DNA of 63,594 nt, the filler included, from Chiloscyllium plagiosum (Eukaryota): assembly GCF_004010195.1 (NCBI RefSeq). It is 4 parts of one record of this genome, joined end to end, with 100 filler letters (N's around TTAATTAATTAA, not from the genome) between each part and the next. Parts side by side here need not be neighbours in the genome. Positions count along the whole stretch, not along the records: positions 1 to 27,299 come from NC_057717.1; 3 more parts are not named here. One strand, given 5' to 3'. The position numbers and the translations under genes were made by a program. This document shows positions 11,330 through 24,488 of the stretch, piece after piece; within the stretch, counting starts at the first letter, position 1, and each line of letters begins with the position of its first letter. The notes beneath the pieces are model-generated. The model was not told the DNA's origin. It did no database searches and was given only the letters and a program-made list of their open reading frames with translations.

Positions 11330-12760
11330 CAGCCACAACATGACATCCCAACTCTTACTCTTAATGTTCTCCCCAATAAAGGTAACCACCCCAAACGTCT
11401 GCTTCACCAGCCTGTGTACCTGTGACACCACATTCAAAGAACTGTGTACCTGCATCCCTGGANNNNNNNNNNNNNNNNNNNNNNNNNNNNNNNNNNNNNN
11501 NNNNNNNNNNNNNNNNNNNNNNNNNNNNNNNNNNNNNNNNNNNNNNNNNNNNNNNNNNNNNNNNNNNNNNNNNNNNNNNNNNNNNNNNNNCCGACTGTAA
11601 GATCAAACTAGCCTACATACCCTTCATTTTACTATTGTCTATGTGTCTGTCCAAGAGTCTATTAAATGTCCCGAATGTGTCTAATTTTACTACCACCATT
11701 GGCAGTCCATCCAACCACCTACCATTCTCTATCCTCTTATCCATCTTCTAATCACCTTAAAATTATGCTGCCTTGTAACAGCCATTTATGCCTTAGGAGA
11801 AAAAGTCTCTCCATATTCACTCTCTCTATGCCTCTCATCACCTTGTTCACCTCTACCAAGTCACCCCACCCTCTTCTTCACTCCAATGAGAAAAGCCTTA
11901 GCTCCCTCAAACTTTCTCCATAAGAAATGCCCTCCATTCCAGGCAGCATCCTGGTAAATCTCCTGTGTACGCTCTCTAAAACTTGCACATCATTCCTGTA
12001 AAGATGGGACGAGAAGCAGTAAAACCTCACAGTTCTTAAAATCAATCCCCTTGCTAAGGAAAGCCAACACAACATATGCCTTTTTAACAACGTGCGTGGC
12101 AAACTTGAGGGATCTATGGACATGGACGCCATGATCTCTCTGTTCCTCTACACTGCCAAGTATTCTGCCTTTTAACGCTGTATTCTATATTCAGGTTCGA
12201 CTTCCAGAATGAATCACTTCACACTTTTCCAGATTGAACTCTATCTGCCACTTCCAGCCCAGCTCTGCGTCCTGTCAATGTCTCATTGCAACGTGCAACA
12301 GCCCTCCACATTCCCCACCACTCCACCAACCTCCATGTGATTGGCAAACTTACTAACCCACTCTCCAACATCCACATCTAAGTCATTTACAAAAATCACA
12401 AAGAGCAGAGTCCCAGAGCCGATTGTTACAGAACACCACTGGTCACTGAGCTCCAGGCTCAATACGGTCCATCTGCTGCCACCCTCTGTCTTCTCTGGAC
12501 CATCCAATCCTGTATCCAGACAGACAGTTGTCCCTGTCTCCCAATCATCCTTCTTTTCTGAATGAGCCATCAACATATTCAGTCATATCCTCAAAGAATT
12601 CAATAAGGTTTGTGAGGCATGACCTGCCCCTCACAAACCCATGCTGTCTCTAATTTAACAATGGCTTTCCAAGTAGTCATAAATCCTTTCTTTAGAGTCC
12701 TCGCCAATAATCTGCACACCACAGACATTCGACCAAATCTGTAATTTCCAGAATTCTACT
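11330..12760 (-). mobile_element. CR1 LINE RT/C-terminal fragments, decayed
   Basis: LLFVIFVNDLDVDVGEWVSKFANHMEVGGVV and LESVHRRFTRMLPGMEGISYGE.LRELRLFSLE. Confidence 0.88.
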
Positions 12761-12829
12761 TCCGTAATATGGTCCAGAGGCTACAAATCTTCCCTCCTCT
12801 GCCAAGTTCCCCAGAAGGACAAAGGAAGG

Positions 12830-14400
12830 TGGTGGGGATTACAGAGTCAGGGAGGGATATCAGGACAGGAGGATGTTGCAGACATTAGGAGGATTGCAGT
12901 GCCAAGAGGAGGCATCAGTAATTGTGAGGTTTCATGGTGATGAAGGCATTTGTGGAGGGAGAGAGGGAGGATTGCAGGGAATTAAGAGGTTTCACAGTTT
13001 AGGTGGTTTGTTAGGATTGCAAGAGGTTACTGAGTCGGGGAGGTTTAAGCACTGGAGGTTGTTACATAAACATGGTTTTGGTTGCAATGCAGGAAGAGGA
13101 TTCAGGAAGCTGGAGAGTATGGGGTCTGAACGAGGTTACACAAATGGGAAGAGTTGTCAGGAGTGCAGGTGTTTACAGAGACAGCAATGGTCTGATCTGG
13201 AGCAGANNNNNNNNNNNNNNNNNNNNNNNNNNNNNNNNNNNNNNNNNNNNNNNNNNNNNNNNNNNNNNNNNNNNNNNNNNNNNNNNNNNNNNNNNNNNNN
13301 NNNNNNNNNNNNNNNNNNNNNNNNNNNNNNNNNNNNNNNNNNNNNNNNNNNNNNNNNNNNNNNNNNNNNNNNNNNNNNNNNNNNNNNNNNNNNNNNNNNN
13401 NNNNNNNNNNNNNNNNNNNNNNNNNNNNNNNNNNNNNNNNNNNNNNNNNNNNNNNNNNNNNNNNNNNNNNNNNNNNNNNNNNNNNNNNNNNNNNNNNNNN
13501 NNNNNNNNNNNNNNNNNNNNNNNNNNNNNNNNNNNNNNNNNNNNNNNNNNNNNNNNNNNNNNNNNNNNNNNNNNNNNNNNNNNNNNNNNNNNNNNNNNNN
13601 NNNNNNNNNNNNNNNNNNNNNNNNNNNNNNNNNNNNNNNNNNNNNNNNNNNNNNNNNNNNNNNNNNNNNNNNNNNNNNNNNNNNNNNNNNNNNNNNNNNN
13701 NNNNNNNNNNNNNNNNNNNNNNNNNNNNNNNNNNNNNNNNNNNNNNNNNNNNNNNNNNNNNNNNNNNNNNNNNNNNNNNNNNNNNNNNNNNNNNNNNNNN
13801 NNNNNGAGAATGATGGCGTTTTAGGGACTGGAAGAGGTTTGGTAGATAGGGAGGGCTGTAAGAGCTGCAGGAGCTTATGGAGAGTTGAAGAGTTGGAGCA
13901 GTTCACAGATGGAGGGTTCTCCGACAGGAGTAGGTCACAGATAGTGAGGGTTGTGTGGCTTGAGAAAGTTAAAGAGAGGGGAGTTTTCGGGACTGGAAGA
14001 GATTACACTGACAGGGACAGTTGAAGAGACTGTAGCAAAAATGCATGGAGAAGGTTACACAGATGAGGAGGTGAGTAGGGACAGAAGGTGAATACACAAA
14101 CATGGAGGGTTGTATTGTTAGACGGAGCTTAGAGAGATAGGGACTGGTGTAGAGATTGACACAGATAGGGAAGGATGTGTTTATGGTGAAAGTTACACTG
14201 ATACAGATAGTGTTAGGGGGTGTTTAATGGACTACAGAGGAGCTCAGACAGAATGTATTATGGGGAGTGGAGGAGATTACAGACACTGAGATGGCTGTCG
14301 GTTTGAAAAGAGGTTCTACAGACCCTTAGTGCTGTAAGGCTGAAGGGAGGTTACAATAATAAGGGTTACCTACACTTAATGACTTTTTGATATAGAGGAA
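12830..14400 (-). repeat. Degenerate purine-rich tandem-like tract (agggactggaggaggttacagaga-like units)
   Basis: Recurrent variants of ggactggagga / ggttacagaga with strong G/A skew; reverse complement of 37800-39430. Confidence 0.6.
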
Positions 14401-14654
14401 GTCTCAGATCGGGATTGTCAAAAGGAAGTATAGACAGTCCAGATGAGTTTACAGAGATATAAATGTTTTTGGGGGTTTCAGGATGGAAAGCAGGAAGAGG
14501 TGACAGTCATATCGATCTTTGTAAGGACTGGAGAAGCTTACATCGCCAAGGAATGTTTTAGAAACTGTTGGAGATTACACATATAAGGAGAGTATTGGGG
14601 ATGAGGCAAGGTTCTAGAGACAGGGATGGGCGACAGGACTGGACAATAACGTAA

Positions 14655-14976
14655 ATAGAATCTCCACAGTGTGGAAACAGGACATTCGACCTAACAAGTC
14701 CACGCCAACCCCTCGAAAGAGCATCCTAACCAGAGCCATCCCTCTCCCTGTCCAATAAACCCTGCATTCCTCATGGTGAACTCACCTAAACCACACTTGC
14801 CTGAATACTACAGTCAATTTATGATGGTCAATCAGGTATCGTGCAAATGTTGGACTATGGCAGGAAACCAGAGCACCCTGAAGAAACCCACACAGTCGGG
14901 GGGAGAACATGCAAAGTCCACACAGACAGTCGGCCAAGGCTGGAATTGAAGCCAGGTTCCAGGCACAGTACGGCTG
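14655..14976 (-). mobile_element. HE1-like V-SINE, decayed
   Basis: V-domain (reverse complement of gaaacccacacagtcggggggagaacatgcaaagtccacacag) and LINE-like tail. Confidence 0.8.
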
Positions 14977-17231
14977 ATTATACAGAGCACTGCAGAGATT
15001 GGACTCGGTCACAAAGTTCACAAGGATTTATTGGAACAGGAGGAAAATATAGTCAGGAACAGGAGCAGTTTACAAAGATGGTGTCCATGAGAGGGACTGG
15101 AGGAGGTTAACGCAATAGGGAGGGTTGTGCATTCTCTCGACAATTAGAGGTAGGGACGGTTGGGGAGACTGGATGAAGTTAGTCATACTCCGAGTTGTAC
15201 ACACTCTGAGTAATGGCAGATGGAGTTTACTTCTGCTCACTGTGAGGTAATGCACTGTGGGAAGTCTCATAAGAGAAGGATATACATCATGAAGGGTAGG
15301 TCCTCCTGGAGAACTGAGTAACACCGGGACCTTGGTGGGCAAGTCCCTGGATGTCTGAAGGTGTCAGCAGAAGTTGACAGGGTGGGGAAGGCACCTGAAC
15401 TGGGAGCAGGAGGGGACCCACATCCTAATGGGGCGAATTGTTAAAGCTGCTTGAGAGGATATAATCTAATCTGTCAGGGTGTTGCACCTTAAACAGTCAT
15501 AAGGCCAGAAAGAAGATTGAGGTTGGAGCACTAGTTAAAGACAGCAATTTCAGCAGACAAGGCAGGCAAGAACATAGCAGGAAATGGGGGAGGGGGAATT
15601 GATGATTAAACTGCATTTATTTCAATGCAAGGGGCCTGACAGCTAAGGAAGATTCACTCAGGGCATGGATTGAAACATGGGACTGGGATATTATAGTTAT
15701 TACAGAAACAAAGCTGAGGGAGGGACAGGACTGGCAGTTCATTGTTTCAAGGTGGAGGTGCTACAGGAAGGATCGAAGGGGAGGCAAGAGAGGATGCGTG
15801 GTGGTGGGGTTTTCATTGCATGAATCATTACATCAGTACCTAGAGAGGATATTCCTGTGGGATCACCCAGTGACGCTATGTTAGTGGAACTGAGAAATAA
15901 GAATGGGTCATCATTCTGACCGATTGTCCGACTGGACCCCAAATAATCCGTGTCAGACTGAGGAACAAACATATCAGGAGATCTCAAATATCAACCATAA
16001 TAATAGGCCTGTTATGGTTGGGGTTTTTAAACTTTCCAAACCTAGACTGGGACTGCCAGTGTTCAGTGTTTGCAAGGGAGGAATTTGGTAATTGTGTTCC
16101 AGAAAACTCCCAATCAATATGTAAATGGCCTGAAAAGAGAAAGGGGCAAAACCTGACCTCCCCTTGGGAAACACGGTAGGGAAAGGGACTGAGGTGTGAG
16201 TGGGAAAGCATTTTGCCAAAGTGACCCAAGCCTATTAGTTTGAAAATAGCGATGGAAAAGGACAGGGCAGGTCCACAGGTTCAAGTTATAAAATGGGGCC
16301 AGACTAATCTTGATAATATTAGCCAGGAACTCTCAAAAGGTGATTGGGAATACAGATACCACTATTTGCAGGGAAAGGGAAGTCTGGCAAGTGAGAATAT
16401 TTTAAAACTGAGATAAATTGAGCGATCACCACCAGCATCTTCCTGCTTGTGTGCAGGCCAATGCTGACAGCATTAGGAAACACTGGCTGTCTATTGAGGG
16501 TCTGGTCAAGCAAAAGGGGCCACATGTCAGGTATAGCCAGCTGGATCAAGGGACTGTAGCAAAAATGCATGGAGAACGTTACACAGATAGGGAGGTGAGT
16601 AGGGACTGAAGGTGAATACACAGACATGGAGGGTTGTATTGTTAGACGGAGCTTAGAGGGATAGAGACTGGTGTAGGGATTTACACAGATAGAGAAGGTT
16701 GTGTTTTTGGTGAAGGTTACACTGATACAGACAGTGTTAAACAGTGTTTAATGGACGACAGAGGAGATCAGACAGAGTGTATTATGGGGAGTGGAGGAGA
16801 TTACAGACACTGAGATGGCTGTCGGTTTGAAAAGAGCTTCTACAGACCCTCAGTGCTGTAAAGCTGAAGGGAGGTTACAATAGTAAGGGTTACCTACACT
16901 TAATGACTTTTTGATATAGAGGAAGTCTCAGAACGGGATTGTCAAAAGGAAGTATAGACAGTCCAGATGAGTTTACAGAGATATAAATGTTTTTTGGGGT
17001 TTCAGGATGGAACAGTGATTGGTACTGCTGTAACGAATGGCAATAGTTATAGAGAGGGTTCTAAAAGCAGGAAGAGGTGACAGTCATATCGATCTTTGTA
17101 AGGACTGGAGAAGCTTACATCGCCAAGGAATGTTTTAGAAACTGTTGGAGATTACACATATAAGGAGAGTATTGGGGATGAGGCAAGGTTCTAGAGACAG
17201 GGATGGGCGACAGGACTGGACAATAACGTAA

Positions 17232-17553
17232 ATAGAATCTCCACAGTGTGGAAACAGGACATTCGACCCAACAAGTCCACACCAACCCCTCGAAAGAGCA
17301 TCCTAACCAGAGCCATCCCTCTCCCTGTCCAATAAACCCTGCATTCCTCATGGTGAACTCACCTAAACCACACTTGCCTGAATACTACAGTCAATTTATG
17401 ATGGTCAATCAGGTATCGTGCAAATGTTGGACTATGGCAGGAAACCAGAGCACCCTGAAGAAACCCACACAGTCGGGGGGAGAATATGCAAAGTCCACAC
17501 AGACAGTCGGCCAAGGCTGGAATTGAAGCCAGGTTCTAGGCACAGTAAGGCTG
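17232..17553 (-). mobile_element. HE1-like V-SINE, decayed (tandem-duplicated copy)
   Basis: Near-identical to 14655-14976. Confidence 0.8.
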
Positions 17554-19612
17554 ATTATACAGAGCACTGCAGAGATTGGACTCGGTCACAAAGTTCACAA
17601 GGATTTATTGGAACAGGAGGAAAATATAGTCAGGAACAGGAGAAGTTTACATAGATGGTGTCCATGAGAGGGACTGGAGGAGGTTAACGCAATAGGGAGG
17701 GTTGTGCATTCTCTCGACAATTAGAGGTAGGGACGGTTGGGGAGACTGGATGAAGTTAGTCATACTCCGAGTTGTACACAATCTGAGTAATGGCAGATGG
17801 AGTTTACTTCTGCTCACTGTGAGGTAATGCACTGTGGGAAGTCTCATAAGAGAAGGATATACATCATGGAGGGTAGGTCCACCTGGAGAACTGAGTAACA
17901 CCGGGACCTTGGTGGGCAAGTCCCTGGATGTCTGAAGGTGTCAGCAGAGGTTGACATGGTGGGGAAGGCACCTGAACTGGGAGCAGGAGGGGACCCACAT
18001 CCTAATGGGGCGAATTGTTAAAGCTGCTTGAGAGGATATACTCTAATCTGGCAGGGTGTTGCACCTTAAACAGTCATAAGGCCAGAAAGAAGATTGAGGT
18101 TGGAGCACAAGTTAAAGACAGCAATTTCAGCAGACAAGGCTGGCAAGAACATAGCAGGAAATGGGGGAGGGGGAATTGATGATTAAACTGCATTTATTTC
18201 AATGCAAGGGGCCTGACAGCTAAGGAAGATGAACTCAGGGCATGGATTGGAACATGGGATTGGGATATTATAGTTATTACAGAAACAAAGCTGATGGAGG
18301 GGCAGGACTGGCAGTTCATTGTTTCAAGGTGGAGATGCTACAGGAAGCATCGAAGGGGAGACAAGAGAGGATGCGTGGTGGTGGGTTTTCATTGCATGGA
18401 TCATTACATCAGTACCTAGAGAGGATATTCCTGTGGGATCACCCAGTGACGCTATGTTAGTGGAACTGAGAAATAAGAATGGGTCATCACTCTGACCGAT
18501 TGTCCTACTGGACCCCAAATAATCCGTGGCAGACTGAGGAACAAACATATCAGGAGATCTCAAATATCAATCATAATAATAGGCCTGTTATGGTTGGGGT
18601 TTTTAAACTTTCCAAACCGAGACTGGGACTGCCAGTGTTCACTGTTTGCAAGGGAGGAATTTGGTAATTGTGTTCCAGAAAACTCCCAATCAATATGTAA
18701 ATGGCCTGCAAAGAGAAAGGGGCAAAACCTGACCTCCCCTTGGGAAATAAGGTAGGGAAAGGGACTGAGGTGTGAGTGGGAAAGCATTCTGCCAAAGTGA
18801 CTCAAGTCTATTAGTTTGAAAATAGCGATGGAAAAAGACAGGGCTGGTCCGCATGTTCAAGTTATAAAATGGGGCCAGACTAATCTTGATAATATTAGCC
18901 AGGAACTCTCAAAAGGTGATTGGGGAGTCTATTTGCAGGGAAAGGGAAGTCTGGCAAGTGAGAATATTTTAAAACTGAGATAAATTGAGCGATCACCACC
19001 AGCATGTTCCTGTTTGTGTGCAGGCCAATGCTGACAGCATTGGAAACATTGGCTGTCTATTGAGGATCTGGTCAAGGAAAAGGGAGCACATGTCAAGCAT
19101 AGCCAGCTGGATCAAGGGAATCCCTGAGGATCACAGGGGCTGTAGGAATACACTTTGGGTAGAAATCAGGAATGCAGAAAGGGTACATGAAATAGCCTCA
19201 GCAGAGAATGATAAGGAGAATCCAAAAGTGATCGTATAAATATATTAAGAGTAAAAGAGTAACTCGAGACAAAATAGTGTCCCTTAAAGATTAATGAGAC
19301 CGTTGGTGTGTGGAACCTCAGGATATGGCTAAGACCTTAAACACATTTTTTTTACTCCAGAGCTTATTGTGGACAAAGACTGGGGAACTCAGGGAACAAG
19401 AGTAATACGTTAGACCACATTTGGAGTTCTCTGCAATTCCAGTATCCCCGCTATAGGAAGGATGTTGTGAAAGTTGAAAGTGTTAAGAAAAGATTAACAA
19501 GATGTTGCTAGGATTGTTGCTGAATAAGCTGGGGTTATTTTCCCTGGAGCATCGGAGACTGAGTGGTCACCTGACAGAGGTTTATATAAACATGAGGGGT
19601 AAGGATAGGGTA

Positions 19613-19707
19613 GGAAATGTGTTGCTGGAAAAGCGCAGCAGGTCAGGCAGCATCCAGGGAACAGGAGAATCGACGTTTCGGGCATAAGCCCTTCTTCACG
19701 AAGGGCT
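19613..19707 (-). mobile_element. 95-bp hammerhead-headed short insertion with 13-bp TSD
   Basis: Flanked by taaggatagggta (19600-19612) and tatggatagggta (19708-19720); the homologous CR1 site in blocks B (about 35080) and C (about 61150) is empty. Confidence 0.88.
19668..19703 (-). ncRNA. Minimal hammerhead motif with altered first core base
   Basis: Minus strand ttc-GTGAAGA-a-GGGC[ttat]GCCC-GAAA-CGTC-gatt; GUC cleavage triplet; G where the core has C3. Confidence 0.65.
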
Positions 19708-22700
19708 TATGGATAGGGTAAACAGTCAAGGTCTTTTTCCAAGGGTCTAAATCTAGAGGGCATAGGTTTAAGGTTGAAGGGGAAAGGTTTATACGGCACT
19801 GAAGGGACATACACGGTGATGTATGTATGGAATGAGCTGAGAGAGAAAGTAGCAGATACTGATACTTAGACAACATTCAAAAGGTATCTGGGTGGGTATA
19901 TGAATAATAAGTGTTTAGAGGTAAATGGGATGGATTTATTTAGATCTTCTGGTCAGCATAGATGTGTTGGACCGAAGGGTCTGTTTCCATGCTGCCCATC
20001 TCTAAAAAGAGTGCATGTTATAGAAGAGGTGATGCTGGAGATTTTACAACACAAAGTTATGGAAAGACCCAGGACCTGATTAAGTGTATCACAGGACACT
20101 GTGCGACGCGAGGGAAGTAATTGTGGAGCCGCGAGCAAAGATATTTGCACCATTGACAGCCATGTGTGATGTGCTGGAAAGGCTGGAGGGTGGCATAGTA
20201 GGCAGTGAAGGAGGTTTTTTGAGATTACAAAGGGATCTTGATGAAATGTGTGAATAGGCTGAAAAACTGTAGATGGTATTCAACCTGAATAAATGCGAGG
20301 TCGTGCACTTGGTAAAACAAACAAGGGTTATACAATTAATGTTCGGGCCTCGGTTAGTGTTTTAGAGCAGAGGGACCTCCGGGTTCAGGTACATAAATCT
20401 TGAAGCTTGCTTCACAGGATGGATAAGACAGTGCTTGGCATGCCTGACTATTGCTCAGTCCATTGAGTGGAGGATTTGGGTCGTCATGTTGAGATTGTGC
20501 AGACATTTTTGAGGTCTCTTCTGCACTACTTTGTCGAGTTCTGGTCGCCCAGTTATAAGGAGGATATTATTAAGCTGCAGGGTGTTCAGCAGAGATTTAC
20601 CAGGTTATTGTTGGATATGGAAGGCTTGAGTTCTGAGAAATGGCTGGATAGGCTGAGTCTTTTTTCACTGTAGCCTGGAGTTTGAGATGTGATGTTATAA
20701 GAGTTTATTTTTAAAAAATGAGCTATATATCGATTTAATGGTAGTTGCCGTTTCCGTAGGATGGGGAGTATCAAGAGGAGGGACCACATTTTTAAGGTTA
20801 GAAGAGAGAGATGTTCAAAAAAAAGACATGGGGGCAAATTGTTACACAGAGGGTGTTCTGATTGTGGAATGAACTTCCTGAGGGAGGGTGGACGTGGTTA
20901 CAATTACAACGTTTAAAAGACAGAGATACTAAACGAATATTTTGCATCAGTTTTTGCTTGGGAAAATGATATGGAAGATATAGAATGTAGGGAAATAGAT
21001 GGTGATAACTTGCAAAATGTCCATGTTACAGAGGAGCAAGTGCTGGATGTCTTGAAATGCATAAAGGTGGATAAATTCCCAGGACCTGATTAGGTGTACC
21101 CTCGAACTCTGTGGGAAGCTAGAGAAGTGATTACTGGGCCTTTTGTCGAGATATTTGTATCATCGATAGTCACAGGTGAGGTGCCGGAAGACTGGAAGTC
21201 GGCTAACATGGTGCCACTGTTTAAGAAGAGTGGTAAGGACAAGCGAGGGAATTATAGAGCAGTGAGCCTGACGTCGGTGGTGGGCAAGTTGTTGGAGGGA
21301 ATCCTGAGGGACAGGATGTACATGTATTTGAAAAAAGCAAGGACTGATTAGAGATAGAGATTTGTGCGTGGGAGATCATGTCTCACAAACTTGATTGAGT
21401 TTTTTGAAGAAGTATCAAAGAGGATTGAAGAGGGCTGAGCAGTAGATGTGATCTATATGGACTTCAGTAAGGTGTTCGACAAGGTTCCCCATGGGAGACT
21501 GATTAGCAAGATTCGAACTCACGGAATACAGGGAGAACTAGCTATTTGGATACAGAACTGGCTCAAAGGTAGAAGACAGAGGGTGGTGGTGGAAGATTGT
21601 TTTTTCGACTGGAGGCCAGTGATCAGTGGAGTGCCACAAGGATTGGGCCTAAGAATGGTGAATTGCCAAGGGTAAGGGAGTCAAAAACTCGAGAGTACAA
21701 ACGGGACATGAGACAGCAAAGATTTAAAGAGGGAGCTGAGTGGCAACATTATCCACAGAGGATGGTGCACAGACTTCCAGGGGAACATGGGAGAAGCAAG
21801 AACAATTACAACATGGAAAAGACATTTGGCAGGTACATGGAGGGGAGAAAGTTTGAAGAGCTAAGTGCTGAACGCAGGCAAATGAGAGTCATTCATTATA
21901 GGAAATATGGAGAGTATTGATGAGTTGTACCACAGGTTCTGTTTCTGTGCTGTATGACTCTGTATACAGTTAAAGAGGATTACAGTACCAAATAAAGCAT
22001 GTTGTAGACACTGAAGCAATTTACAGCGATAAGGATGGTAGTCTGGAATGCAGTACATTCCAAATATGTGGAGGACTATCCGGAAGGGAGGTAGTTACAG
22101 GGACAGGAACTAATATAGGAGTCAAAAACTACTGAAGACACTGGTGCACAAGCCATGCCAAAAGGCACAGAGTTGCAGAGTAGTGAGTCTTAGCACAGTG
22201 ATGGAGGGAACACACAGAACAGAAAGATCCCAGGCAGCATTCCCAACCTCTCGTCGGAGGCCTGCNNNNNNNNNNNNNNNNNNNNNNNNNNNNNNNNNNN
22301 NNNNNNNNNNNNNNNNNNNNNNNNNNNNNNNNNNNNNNNNNNNNNNNNNNNNNNNNNNNNNNNNNNNNNNNNNNNNNNNNNNNNNNNNNNNNNNNNNNNN
22401 NNNNNNNNNNNNNNNNNNNNNNNNNNNNNNNNNNNNNNNNNNNNNNNNNNNNNNNNNNNNNNNNNNNNNNNNNNNNNNNNNNNNNNNNNNNNNNNNNNNN
22501 NNNNNNNNNNNNNNNNNNNNNNNNNNNNNNNNNNNNNNNNNNNNNNNNNNNNNNNNNNNNNNNNNNNNNNNNNNNNNNNNNNNNNNNNNNNNNNNNNNNN
22601 NNNNNNNNNNNNNNNNNNNNNNNNNNNNNNNNNNNNNNNNNNNNNNNNNNNNNNNNNNNNNNNNNNNNNNNNNNNNNNNNNNNNNNNNNNNNNNNNNNNN

Positions 22701-22765
22701 NNNNNNNNNNNNNNNNNNNNNNNNNNNNNNNNNNNNNNNNNNNNNNNNNNNNNNNNNNNNNNNNN

Positions 22766-22860
22766 TGGCCAGCTGGGCCCACCCCTCATTCACTCCCATT
22801 GGCTGTAGGACCACGCCAACACTCCTATTGGTCTGAAGCTGTGTCAATCAGCCAGGCCCC
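22766..22860 (-). promoter_or_regulatory. Degenerate copy of the double-CCAAT promoter-like module
   Basis: ccctcattcactcccATTGG...ggacca...cctATTGGtc...tcaatca aligns with ccctcattcactgATTGG...ggacca...tccATTGGtc...tcaatca at 29638-29731; most CpGs lost. Confidence 0.5.
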
Positions 22861-22889
22861 ATTGTGACCTGAGTGGTTGGATCCTCCCA

Positions 22890-23285
22890 GGTGCATCAAA
22901 GGCTGAGGGGTGACCTCATAGAGGTTTATAAAATCATGAAGGGCCTGGGTAGGATAATTAGACAAGGTCATTTCCCTGGGGTGGGGGAGTCCAGAATGAG
23001 AGGGCATAGGTTTTAGATGAGAGGGGAAGAATTTAAAATGGATTTGAGGGGCACTTTTTTCCCCCACTGAGGTTCGTGCGTGTATGGAGTCTTCTGTCAG
23101 GAAGTGAAGGATGTTGGTACAATTATACCATTTGGCATCTGGATGGGTATATGAATAGGAAGGTTGCAGAGTGATATGTGCCAAGTGTTGGCAAATGTGT
23201 CTAGATTACGTTGGGATATCTGGTCAGCATGGACCAGTTTAACCCAAGGGTTTATTTTCATGCTGTACACCTCTACGGCTCTGCC
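22890..23285 (+). mobile_element. CR1 LINE 3' end
   Basis: aggctgaggggtgacctcatagaggtttataaaatcatg (RLRGDLIEVYKIM) through the 3' UTR. Confidence 0.85.
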
Positions 23286-24071
23286 CTGTGATGAGCTTCA
23301 TCATTCACAGCGAATGGGTCAGTATCACAGAGCACAGGGGCTGGGGGCTATTCCGCCCATTGGGGCTGTACTCTCTCCCTCTGGAGATGGTGCCAGTCAG
23401 TCCCAACTNNNNNNNNNNNNNNNNNNNNNNNNNNNNNNNNNNNNNNNNNNNNNNNNNNNNNNNNNNNNNNNNNNNNNNNNNNNNNNNNNNNNNNNNNNNN
23501 NNNNNNNNNNNNNNNNNNNNNNNNNNNNNNNNNNNNNNNNNNNNNNNNNNNNNNNNNNNNNNNNNNNNNNNNNNNNNNNNNNNNNNNNNNNNNNNNNNNN
23601 NNNNNNNNNNNNNNNNNNNNNNNNNNNNNNNNNNNNNNNNNNNNNNNNNNNNNNNNNNNNNNNNNNNNNNNNNNNNNNNNNNNNNNNNNNNNNNNNNNNN
23701 NNNNNNNNNNNNNNNNNNNNNNNNNNNNNNNNNNNNNNNNNNNNNNNNNNNNNNNNNNNNNNNNNNNNNNNNNNNNNNNNNNNNNNNNNNNNNNNNNNNN
23801 NNNNNNNNNNNNNNNNNNNNNNNNNNNNNNNNNNNNNNNNNNNNNNNNNNNNNNNNNNNNNNNNNNNNNNNNNNNNNNNNNNNNNNNNNNNNNNNNNNNN
23901 NNNNNNNNNNNNNNNNNNNNNNNNNNNNNNNNNNNNNNNNNNNNNNNNNNNNNNNNNNNNNNNNNNNNNNNNNNNNNNNNNNNNNNNNNNNNNNNNNNNN
24001 NNNNNNNNNNNNNNNNNNNNNNNNNNNNNNNNNNNNNNNNNNNNNNNNNNNNNNNNNNNNNNNNNNNNNNN

Positions 24072-24483
24072 GTACAGCCGCAAAATGACGTCACAACTCC
24101 TGTACTCAATGCACAGACCAATAAAGGCAAGTACACCAAACATTTTCTTCACTACCCTGCCTATCTATGATTCCACTTTCAAGGAACTATGAAACTGCAC
24201 TCCAAGTGTCTTTGTTCAGCAACACTCCCCAGGATCTTCCCATTAAGTGCATTAGTCCCACCCTGATTTGCTTTTCCAAAATTCAAAACCTCACATATCT
24301 AAATTAAACTTCATCTGCCACTCTTCAGCCCATTTGATCGGAGTCTGATTGTACTCTCAGGTAACTTTGCTGTCCATTTCACCTCCAATTTTGGTGTCTA
24401 TTGTAAACCTACTAACCATAGCTCCTATATTCACATAGAAATCATTTATATAAATGGCAAAAAGAAGTGGACCCAGCACCCAG
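24072..24483 (-). mobile_element. CR1 LINE RT C-terminal fragment
   Basis: MFGVLAFIGLCIEYRSCDVILRLY, and reverse-complement GP(L)LF.IYINDF near 24440-24480. Confidence 0.85.
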
Positions 24484-24488
24484 CCTGA

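Larger units (their letters stand above)
14028..19118 (+). repeat. Tandem duplication of about 2.55 kb (14028-16551 and 16552-19118), specific to copy A
   Basis: gactgtagcaaaaatgcatggagaa starts at 14028 and 16552; both units end in gctggatcaaggg; duplicated ORFs in the track; single copy in block B. Confidence 0.93.
19120..21965 (+). mobile_element. Mosaic of CR1 LINE fragments including an RT segment (about 20925-21650)
   Basis: TGEVPEDWKSANMVPLFKK...NYRAVSLTSVVGKLLEGILRD; VIYMDFSKVFDKVPHGRL...WIQNWLKGRRQRVVV...SGVPQG; CR1 3' ends near 20000 and 21960. Confidence 0.92.
2770..22265 (-). repeat. Segmental duplication block, copy A (reverse-complement paralog of 31597-47642)
   Basis: Colinear reverse-complement matches throughout, e.g. 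2770-2870 with 47540-47642, 3300-3600 with 46720-47000, 10930-11230 with 41470-41800, 22130-22265 with 31597-31740; same order of TE fragments. Confidence 0.95.

Noticed and set aside
12873..14024. Long ORFs containing X runs (also 1983-2726, 22122-22847, 23164-24192, 29955-31224, 50928-51506)
   Set aside because: Their length comes from N gaps, not from coding sequence.
20925..21650. Active LINE reverse transcriptase
   Set aside because: All RT segments in the window are fragmentary with stops and frameshifts; no intact ORF2 exists.
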